From Verrucomicrobiota bacterium (GTDB lineage: Bacteria; Verrucomicrobiota; Verrucomicrobiia; Limisphaerales; CANJXF01): a stretch of DNA of 64,000 nucleotides. This document shows positions 45,301 to 52,351 of this stretch, piece by piece. Both the position numbers and the translations under genes were made by a program. The DNA lies in assembly GCA_043775015.1 (NCBI GenBank), contig JAYVSV010000098.1, positions 7,501-71,500 on the forward strand, in the 5' to 3' direction. The notes under the pieces were generated by a model. The model was given only the letters and a program-made list of their open reading frames with translations, did not search any database and was not told where the DNA came from. The number at the start of each line of letters is the position of its first letter. Position 1 is the stretch's first letter.

Positions 45301-46934
45301 CCTATCTTCTGCCCGCGCTCGAACCCGCCGCGCAACCTGGCAACTGGCAGTTTAACACGAACGGCAACTTCGAAGGCTGGCAAGTCGTCAATGGTTTCAC
45401 AAGTCCGGCGGTCACGAACGGGGCGCTCACTGGCAATCTGTTCGCGGCGAATGCGGCGCTGCAAATCGCGCCGTTGAATCTAAACGGCAGTTCCAACTCG
45501 TTCTTCCAGTTCCGGGTTCTGAACCAGACCGCCGCGACCAGCGCATGGCTTCACTGGACCACCACTGCCAACGCTTATTTCGACAGCAACAAAGCCGTGC
45601 TCATTACGCTCACGCCAAACGATACCGGCAGACGCAGTTACGCAGCAGACCTGATGAGCAATACGAATTGGGTTGGCAACACCATCACCGCGCTCCGCCT
45701 GCAACCCGCCGCCGACGCGACCAGCGGTCGCATCGAGATTGATTGGATTCAAGTCACCGCCCAACCCACCAACCAAGCCCCGAGTTTCACGAAAGGCGCG
45801 AATGTGGTTTTGCTCGAGGACACCAGTCCGCAGACTTTTTCCAACTGGGCCACGAACATCAGCGCCGGGCCAGCCAATGATGCGTGGCAAACCGTCGCCT
45901 TCATCGTGACGAACAACAACAATTCCATCTTTTCGACCCAACCCGCTATCAACCCGACGGGCAACCTTTCTCTAGCTCTGGCGGCAAACGCCAACGGAGC
46001 GGCGACCGTCACCGTGCGCTTGCAGGACAACGGCGGCATAGCCAACGGCGGACAGGATTCTTCCGCGCCGCAGACCTTCACCGTGACCGTGACTCTGGTG
46101 AATGACGCGCCTTCGTTCACGCCCGGCTCGAATGTCGTGGTGAACGAAGATTCCGGCCCGCAGAACTTCGCGAATTGGGCGACGAACATCACTGCCGGTC
46201 CGCTGGATGAAACCGCGCAAACCGTCAGCTTCACAGTCACGAACAACAACGATGCATTGTTCTCTGCGCCACCCGTCATCAATTCCTCCGGCACACTGAC
46301 CTTTACCATCGCCACGAACGCGTTCGGCGTGGCGACCATTTCTGCCACGCTAACCGACAGCGGCGGCACCGCCAATGGCGGTCAGAATAGCTCCGCGCAG
46401 CAATTCTTCACCATCACCGTCAACGCGGTGAACGACTTGCCCGTCGCCGCCGCCGATTCGATCTTCGCGCATTGGAACACCGCGACGACGATTGCCGTCT
46501 CAAATCTTCTGGCTAATGATTCCGATCCCGACGGCGGCGTTTTGAGCGTGACCGGAGTGACGACTCCCAGCGCGAGCGGCGGCGGAGTTTCATTGGCGGG
46601 AAGTTTGGTAAATTATCAACCGCCGACGAACTACTTCGGCGCGGACGGATTCAACTATTTCTTGAGCGACGGTCAGGGAGGACAAAGCACCGGCGCGGTT
46701 TCGCTGACCATTGTTCGCCCGACGATCACCGCGTGGCAAATGTCGAGCAACGGCGCGTTCCGCCTAGAGTTCAGCGGCATTCCGAACACGGCCTACACGT
46801 TGCAAACTTCCTCCAACCTGCTGAATTGGCCCAGCCTCTCGACCAATGCGACCGGCAGCAATGGCCTGCTGAGCGTGGACGACGTGACAGCCACCAATGC
46901 GCCCCAGCGCTACTACCGCTTCGTCTGGCCCTAA
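42315..46934 (+). CDS. Secreted 1539-aa multi-module protein: GH42-like region, four copies of an unnamed module, an FN3-like domain, three cadherin-like repeats and a C-terminal YYRF domain
   Basis: Signal peptide. CDYSSWSKQEFRDWLSGTNLYAGQAQYASLTNFNAAF is GH42-like. The repeats are described in the findings. The start lies 3 nt after the previous stop. Confidence 0.65.
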   Translation: MKNISTMRTIIWLPKSLWRALAVLLATAALTTALADPLDETARNTFHLSPIGVWDQRPGGTNSVVGYRSRMLSLTGGVMPKNVKAGVSSGLEFLQSTHGGYYDYLFSPGKVLDFTTYTVAEIDYVTGVIISNDIPFGVHVNGMPWADSAIQSEDILHNYLEKFGGGSYLQVDRLGRIRTGTSTDVTTNEVFSASDALEMQVTLSRNATLVQDYAGRNCRIAMRVLGSQREQHPDLITFASMSSEVAQNIHANTEYCDYSSWSKQEFRDWLSGTNLYAGQAQYASLTNFNAAFSGASGFPWASWDVVQPPTNVNWSTFTATGRWWRKWHDFRTNQVGQMVQAQVGWCRDAGWNPDSLYGHQIPLDPASTSDDDRKYASPWTTTFVNGAGNGITTYYGNASATNIFSAIRANDKNWGIFEYNPITNSVAANLAALDTVWNSGGRVIAPYTWWGFDTYQIYDRPLQTALSQFIFNHSNQSFTNLAPYEVSPAARDVIWAMSESDDIESSSGVSALVFTNGILSGQITNATPMLSLEFNESPTRFILSDQYYAASFRFYLSNALVGFGQIAWVDNTGATNAVTFPARPGWNVYRVNLAENAAWREKKIQALEFRPASASGNFSLDWFRLEAAPCWHFDDANEIYGVNDVTNATIAGGIFSGTSGPDAYFYFSTDKRNASEDADRAYVDANTYKKVRVRLTSSTASTGQMFWWKRGTSFFTTTFAVAAGTQTYELDLSADPNWTGDITRLRLDPVNQAGIAFEVDYLSVAPVMLPPRIANSDLIVNSPAPVFLWDGAFEPNHSGVSYTLELSTNFFFTNAVFATNGLTGSRLVYNGTPVLDGLYWWRIRARDAAGNLSPWAVPMPMFVRTWNFNQLADIASSNQFGAAAINSGVWQATSSGNDPYMNFNTGSPSNRGVNADLYNRFVCRVKVATGVNNFAQFFWFPKSGGFAFTSPTLPADNAWHDLDIDLSQNAQWKGYQDSVRLDPTSLPATQVSLDYAYLLPALEPAAQPGNWQFNTNGNFEGWQVVNGFTSPAVTNGALTGNLFAANAALQIAPLNLNGSSNSFFQFRVLNQTAATSAWLHWTTTANAYFDSNKAVLITLTPNDTGRRSYAADLMSNTNWVGNTITALRLQPAADATSGRIEIDWIQVTAQPTNQAPSFTKGANVVLLEDTSPQTFSNWATNISAGPANDAWQTVAFIVTNNNNSIFSTQPAINPTGNLSLALAANANGAATVTVRLQDNGGIANGGQDSSAPQTFTVTVTLVNDAPSFTPGSNVVVNEDSGPQNFANWATNITAGPLDETAQTVSFTVTNNNDALFSAPPVINSSGTLTFTIATNAFGVATISATLTDSGGTANGGQNSSAQQFFTITVNAVNDLPVAAADSIFAHWNTATTIAVSNLLANDSDPDGGVLSVTGVTTPSASGGGVSLAGSLVNYQPPTNYFGADGFNYFLSDGQGGQSTGAVSLTIVRPTITAWQMSSNGAFRLEFSGIPNTAYTLQTSSNLLNWPSLSTNATGSNGLLSVDDVTATNAPQRYYRFVWP
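45771..46430 (+). repeat. Two tandem 330-nt (110-aa) cadherin/VCBS-like coding repeats, followed by a third diverged unit to about 46715
   Basis: NQAPSFTKGANVVLLEDTSPQTFSNWATNISAGP...FTVTVTLV versus NDAPSFTPGSNVVVNEDSGPQNFANWATNITAGP...FTITVNAV. Confidence 0.85.
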
Positions 46935-47006
46935 GGTTCTAACCTTGGCGCGCGCCTTGTGCCCAACCATTCGGATTCAGCGAATACCCGCGCGACTAAA
47001 TAACGG

Positions 47007-49235
47007 TTACGGATTCTGCTTTCGCGCCGCCAACTCGCGTTCTAGATCGCGTTGCAATCCATGATTTATTGCGCGAATTTTGTCCAGCCGCTGGCGCAAG
47101 GCTGCCGATTGTTCCGCCGGCCAGCGATTCCAATAATCCAGCGGTGAGGAACTGGAAATCGCAGCGGCTTCCCGCACGGCTTTTTCAATGTCATCCAACA
47201 CGGCGAGTTGTTTTTTTATCAAGGCGGCGGCCTGACCGACATCCCAGAAACGAAAGCCCGGTCGAATCACATAAACCGGCGTGGTGACGGCTTCGGAGCG
47301 GTTGCGGCCAACAACGTGCGCGGCGAGCCACGAACCATGCCCGGCGGCAACGGTGGTGGTGAGTTCGAGTTCAGTTTGATTCTCATTCGTCGCCACAACT
47401 TCCCGGATGACTTTCCCGAATTGCACGAGTTGCAATTTCAGCGGGGCAGACGCGCCACGCAAACCCCACGCCCGGATTTTCACTTCGAGCGAAAGATTGT
47501 TCGTCACCGTGATGGTGTCGCCGGGCCGCGCGTTGTTGACTTTGAAATCCAGCATCGGCCCGGTTGTGACAAAGGTGCGGCCGTTTTTGAGCGCATTGAA
47601 CCACTTGTCCGGTGTGAACGGCGCGTTCGTGCCGCAGTCCGCGTAGAGCCGCACCGCGCCGACTGTGCCGCCGTAGGGCGTATCCGTCCCAGCACTGGCG
47701 GTCATTTTGTAACCGAGGTTCAGGAAGTCGTAAAAATAATCCGTGTTGAGACTCGCCTGCATGATGCTGTTGAAATCCACGATGTTCAGCGGCGTGAACA
47801 GTGCCATCTCGCGCTCGACCGACAACGCCTTTGCGCCGACGTGCGTGTGCCCGTAGAGACCGCCTTGCTGATGAATCTGCTCAGCGATCCAATCATTGAG
47901 ATAGTAGTGGTCAAGGTCGCGGACTTTTGATTTCAGATTCAAACCGATGGCGTGGCCGAGCATGGAGCGCGGGTCTTCCTGTCCGGGCACGAGCCAGTGT
48001 CGTCCACTTTCGTCCCGCACGCGGAACTCCGGGCCGAAGCCGCGTTGCGCATACCACGTCCGCATTTCGTTGCCCATTTCCAGCACGTTCCCAATGTGGA
48101 TATCGCCCGCCACCGTGAAGGCCAGAAGTTTCTCCGCGTCCTCACTGCTCATCAAGCGCGAGTGGATGTGATCATCGCCCGAATACCAGCCGCGTTCGGG
48201 CATATTCGTCCAGCGTTTGAGTTGAAAAGTTTTGCGCGTCCACTGGCCCGGTTCGACACGGAAGGTTTCGTGTAACGGCTCGTATTCGATACCGTGGAGA
48301 ATGTGAATTTCCCAATCGCCAGCGGGCAAAGCCATCTCGAACGGCTTCGGCACGATCCAATAACGTCCCTGAAACGGGCCAGGAATATAAACCATGTAGC
48401 CGCGGCCTGGTCCGTAGATGGGGAGGCTCGTCACGTCGTTCATCATCGGCGATAAATCCACCGCGCCCGCCGGTTCAAAGAGGCGTTGCCCCGCGCCGGA
48501 CGTCAGCCGCAGCAGCACGGAAACGGGTTTCCCGTTTTCATCGAGCACCTGCACTCCGACTTGGCCGCCCGGCTTGGAGTTGAACGAGAGCGCCCACCGG
48601 AACGCTGGCTCACTCGCGCCTTCGTTCTGAAACGCGACATGGAAGATGGTCTTGTCCGAAGGCACTTGCTCCAGCTTCATCACCACGAACGTGGTGGCGT
48701 TCGATGCGATGGTGATGCGGTAAGGTTTCGGATCGCGCTCGGTCGTCATGTTCATTTCGTGGACGACAAAGTTCGTTGGGCCGTTACCAGTGACGACTTT
48801 TAAGAGTAACAAATTATATTGCTGATCGAGTTCCAGCGCGTCGTCGGGCTTGTGCGAGGGTGGGCCTTGGCGGAAATCGAGCGGGATGAGGTCGGGAATT
48901 TGCGGCAGCAATTCCAGCAAACTCTGCTCGGCGCGCCAATGATAATAATCCGCATCGGCGGGCGCAGAGCTGCGAACTTCGCCAGCGCGGATGCGGTCGG
49001 CATTGGCAAATTGTTCCAACACGCGATCCAGCAAAACGAGCTGCGGCTGCGTCAAGCGATTGCGGAGATGGGTCAGCAATTCGCGGGAAAAATTCACGGA
49101 GCCGCGCAACGGCGGCTGAATCTGCGCGAGTTGCTCGGGCGTGGGTTTGGGCAAATCAATGCCATGACTCCACGCCGCAGGGGTCAGCCAGAGCAGCATG
49201 ACGGCGGCGACGATAAAAAGTTTTTCGATTTTCAT
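47007..49235 (-). CDS. Secreted HxH metallohydrolase-like protein, paralogue 1 (PHP/amidohydrolase-type; family uncertain)
   Basis: Signal peptide; RGWYSGDDHIH, LNLGYKMTASAGTD and GRTFVTTGP. Confidence 0.65.
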   Translation of the reverse strand: MKIEKLFIVAAVMLLWLTPAAWSHGIDLPKPTPEQLAQIQPPLRGSVNFSRELLTHLRNRLTQPQLVLLDRVLEQFANADRIRAGEVRSSAPADADYYHWRAEQSLLELLPQIPDLIPLDFRQGPPSHKPDDALELDQQYNLLLLKVVTGNGPTNFVVHEMNMTTERDPKPYRITIASNATTFVVMKLEQVPSDKTIFHVAFQNEGASEPAFRWALSFNSKPGGQVGVQVLDENGKPVSVLLRLTSGAGQRLFEPAGAVDLSPMMNDVTSLPIYGPGRGYMVYIPGPFQGRYWIVPKPFEMALPAGDWEIHILHGIEYEPLHETFRVEPGQWTRKTFQLKRWTNMPERGWYSGDDHIHSRLMSSEDAEKLLAFTVAGDIHIGNVLEMGNEMRTWYAQRGFGPEFRVRDESGRHWLVPGQEDPRSMLGHAIGLNLKSKVRDLDHYYLNDWIAEQIHQQGGLYGHTHVGAKALSVEREMALFTPLNIVDFNSIMQASLNTDYFYDFLNLGYKMTASAGTDTPYGGTVGAVRLYADCGTNAPFTPDKWFNALKNGRTFVTTGPMLDFKVNNARPGDTITVTNNLSLEVKIRAWGLRGASAPLKLQLVQFGKVIREVVATNENQTELELTTTVAAGHGSWLAAHVVGRNRSEAVTTPVYVIRPGFRFWDVGQAAALIKKQLAVLDDIEKAVREAAAISSSSPLDYWNRWPAEQSAALRQRLDKIRAINHGLQRDLERELAARKQNP

Positions 49236-49298
49236 TTTGAGATTTTAACAAAAGTATTGTTAGCGGTTGCTTTTGGCAGCATCCGAATTGCGCCCCCG

Positions 49299-49376
49299 GG
49301 AGCGCGGACTTCAGCCCGCTGCAACGCCCACATTGCAGGCCGACGTGAAGCGGTCCCGCGTGCGGGACCGCGCTCC
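49299..49376. repeat. GC-rich compound hairpin sharing GGAGCGCGGAC with the 4.4-kb element
   Basis: ggagcgcgg (49299-49307) pairs with ccgcgctcc (49368-49376). Inner hairpins are ctgcaa..ttgcag and gtcccgc-gt-gcgggac. Confidence 0.7.
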
Positions 49377-49414
49377 GAAAGCGCTCACACCGTTCTGTTC
49401 CGCCGTGCCGCCGT

Positions 49415-52180
49415 CTAATCCGAATTCGCCTCGTCAAAAATTTGGCGATACGTCTGTCGGGCGTGCTCGTAGGCAGCCTTGGCCTGAACTTTCTCCACAC
49501 CAGGATAACAATGTTCTTTCTGGGACCAGCATTGATCCACCCCGCGCAGACACCATTCGGCACTGCGCTTTGATGCGCGGATGGGCTGTCCGTCCACGAT
49601 CACAAAAATCGGATTAGTGTGCGCGGAAGGAAACGTTCGCAACGCGACCCAACTGCTCTGCTCAATCGGCACTTCAAAGGAAAACTCCTGTTCGCCGCCC
49701 TGGCTGGAAATCATTTTGCGGGCGACGGGATAGCCGTTGACCACGACTTCGAGCGCAACCGCGTTGGTGTCCAATCGTCTTTCAGCGGCAATGACTTTGA
49801 GCCGGATTTTACCAGCCCTCGCGAGCCGCAGTTCGCTCCCGTGTTCGCCGACGGCGACGGAATTGTTCGACGCGTTCACCTCTGCTGCAGAGAATTCCAT
49901 GAGGTGACTCGTGCCGTCGCTGACGTAGCTGCGTCCGTCGCGGAGTTTGTCGCACCAGTCATCGAAAGTAAGTTTGCCATCCAGCTTCACATAGACGCGG
50001 CCAAAGCCCACTCGCGCGCCGTTCATGCACGGGAAATCCGTCTCGCCGCTGATTCGGGTGCGGAAGCCGCAGTTCAAAACGTGATACCAGATGTTAAATT
50101 CCAGTCGCCGGTCACTGTTCATCGTGGCAATGAAATCAATGGCGGGAACCAGCTTGCCGTCTGCGCCGGGAACGGTGTGCGTCACGTCCACGATAAATTC
50201 ATTTGCGCCGACGCCGTCGTAGCGCGGGATGTCGTAACTCGGCAAAGCGTTCGGCCCGTCCGGACCCGCTACGCGGCCAACTGAACCGTCCAAGCCCAGC
50301 GCGGAATGAGCCGTGCCGCAGATGGCACCCTGCGCCTTGGCCCAGCGCAGCGTGTTCAGACCGAGTTTGGGCCAATGATCTTTCGAATTGCCGCCGGGCG
50401 GAATTTGATCTTTCAACCGCAGCAAACAGAGATGACCGGAGACATGAGAGCCGAAGCCGCTGACCTCAATGTCTTGCCGGATGAGATAGGGATAATTGGA
50501 AACGCGATCCACATAGCCACAGAAAAATTGCTTTTGAAAATCAAACCCCGGCCCCCAGTTCAGACTGCAACCAATTTTCAAATCTTCGCCCATCGTGTGC
50601 CGCTGCATGGATTCGGGCGAAACGCCTTCCGTGGGTTTAAGATAATGCAGACAGCCTGCGCCATGAATGTGGCTGTCGCCGGAAAACCAGCCGCGCGCCA
50701 TCGGGTTCACCCAGCGATTTACGTTGTAACGAATCGTGTGCTGGGTTTCGCTGACGATGACGGTCTGCGTTTCCGGCACGGACTCCGGCCCGCGTGAACA
50801 GGTGACGGTGTAAGCTCCCGCTGGCAATGACTCGGATTCGCCATCGGCGCGATAAATCTGCGGCTGAAAATAAAAGTCCGGTTCCAGCCGCTTGCTCTGC
50901 ATGGGATAGATGCGGCCCTGTGAATCGCGAATCACAAAAGCGGCCATCGTCGGCAACCCGGCCAGATCTCGCACTTCAAATTTTACGGGGATGGCCGGTT
51001 CAATTTTGAATTTCATTTCCGCGCTCGCCCAGCCCGATCCGGTAGCCTCGGCGTTGGCGATTTCAATGGAATCAATCTCCGAAATACCAGTGGTCATGCC
51101 GGGATCCAGCCGCAGGCCGACAAGATGATCTTCCGCGGTAAAATTAAATTTGAATTCTGACCATTGCCCCGTGCTGCGCGTGGCGAGAAACGAAACCACA
51201 TGACCGGAATCCGCCTCGCGCCGTTTTTCCGTGGTCCAAAATAATTGCCAGGTGGCTTCCGTATCCGTCTTGGCCCGGATGCGGACAACTTTTGCGCCGG
51301 GCGACATGTTCAACTCGGCTTGCAGGAAAGGATCGTTACCGGTGCTTTCAATTTGCAGCGCGCCGTTGGTGAGGGAAAGTTGACACTGATTTTTCGCCGC
51401 CCAGCCTTCGGTGGCTGAATCAAAGTTCCAAATTGTTTTGTAGGCTTCATCCACGCGCTCTGAATTCAGGCCGGACTCGCTGGACTTGAATGCCAGCGCG
51501 GCGGTGCGGGTGCCGGGAAACTTCGCCCAAATCTGGATGATGCGGTATTCCAATTCGAGACCGCTCAAGGTCGCGTTCAACGGGCGATGATCGAACATCT
51601 CCACGTCAATCCAGCGCTTGGCCACTTCGGCGGCGGGGCTTTCTGGCAATGGACGCGCACCGGGGCTGTCCACGAACAGCGCGTCGTGCCGCCCGCCGGG
51701 ATTGTGAACCTTGACCAAAAACGCCCGCCAGCCTTGCGCCAACAATTTTGGCTTTGCCGCCGCCGGCGTGAACGTGACCGCGCCGTTCGTTTGCAAAATC
51801 ACTTCGCCCACGCATACCGGATCCAACGCGTGCTGCACGGCAAAACCAATTTCACGGGCAGAATTTTTCCGGCCCGCTTCGACGAGTTGCTGGTGAACTT
51901 TTTCTGGCAACGGCTGGCCGATGAATTGCAGCGCGTCTTGCAGCCTTCCGACTTGAGCCAGCAGCGGCTGGCTTTCAACGCCGTCAATCAGCGGGAAAGG
52001 TTCGGCGGCGAACAGTTGCGTCCCGCTGGCGAGCAGTGCAGCCAAGACCGTGAATGTGTTTAGAACGGCTGCTGAAAATAAATTCCGGACAGGAACGCCG
52101 CCTTCAGGCGGAAGATACTGCCCTACACCCAATCTGCCGACTGAAGTCGGCGTTCCTCGGAATCGTAGTACCTTACTCAT
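49415..52180 (-). CDS. Secreted HxH metallohydrolase-like protein, paralogue 2, with an inserted copy of the island-specific module
   Basis: RGWFSGDSHIH, LNCGFRTRISGETD and GRSYVSDGT. The start is uncertain (ATG at 52180 or 52192). The N-region is encoded by a palindromic element. Confidence 0.6.
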   Translation of the reverse strand: MSKVLRFRGTPTSVGRLGVGQYLPPEGGVPVRNLFSAAVLNTFTVLAALLASGTQLFAAEPFPLIDGVESQPLLAQVGRLQDALQFIGQPLPEKVHQQLVEAGRKNSAREIGFAVQHALDPVCVGEVILQTNGAVTFTPAAAKPKLLAQGWRAFLVKVHNPGGRHDALFVDSPGARPLPESPAAEVAKRWIDVEMFDHRPLNATLSGLELEYRIIQIWAKFPGTRTAALAFKSSESGLNSERVDEAYKTIWNFDSATEGWAAKNQCQLSLTNGALQIESTGNDPFLQAELNMSPGAKVVRIRAKTDTEATWQLFWTTEKRREADSGHVVSFLATRSTGQWSEFKFNFTAEDHLVGLRLDPGMTTGISEIDSIEIANAEATGSGWASAEMKFKIEPAIPVKFEVRDLAGLPTMAAFVIRDSQGRIYPMQSKRLEPDFYFQPQIYRADGESESLPAGAYTVTCSRGPESVPETQTVIVSETQHTIRYNVNRWVNPMARGWFSGDSHIHGAGCLHYLKPTEGVSPESMQRHTMGEDLKIGCSLNWGPGFDFQKQFFCGYVDRVSNYPYLIRQDIEVSGFGSHVSGHLCLLRLKDQIPPGGNSKDHWPKLGLNTLRWAKAQGAICGTAHSALGLDGSVGRVAGPDGPNALPSYDIPRYDGVGANEFIVDVTHTVPGADGKLVPAIDFIATMNSDRRLEFNIWYHVLNCGFRTRISGETDFPCMNGARVGFGRVYVKLDGKLTFDDWCDKLRDGRSYVSDGTSHLMEFSAAEVNASNNSVAVGEHGSELRLARAGKIRLKVIAAERRLDTNAVALEVVVNGYPVARKMISSQGGEQEFSFEVPIEQSSWVALRTFPSAHTNPIFVIVDGQPIRASKRSAEWCLRGVDQCWSQKEHCYPGVEKVQAKAAYEHARQTYRQIFDEANSD
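52091..52157. repeat. Compound palindromic element inside the 5' end of paralogue 2
   Basis: aggaacgccg (52091-52100) pairs with cggcgttcct (52148-52157). Inner hairpins are ccgcc-ttca-ggcgg and gccgac-tgaa-gtcggc. Confidence 0.7.
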
Positions 52181-52351
52181 GTGGAAATTCATTTTGGGGA
52201 TCAGTATAACCGTTTCATTGTTGAATCGTTGATTGGTTTGCCGATGACGGCTGGCATTGAAACAAGATCGCCACCTCGCTGCGAAATGCGAATTGCAGAA
52301 AAACCGCTCGGCTGACAGCAACTAAAAACTGGATTCTGGAATTGGGTCTTG

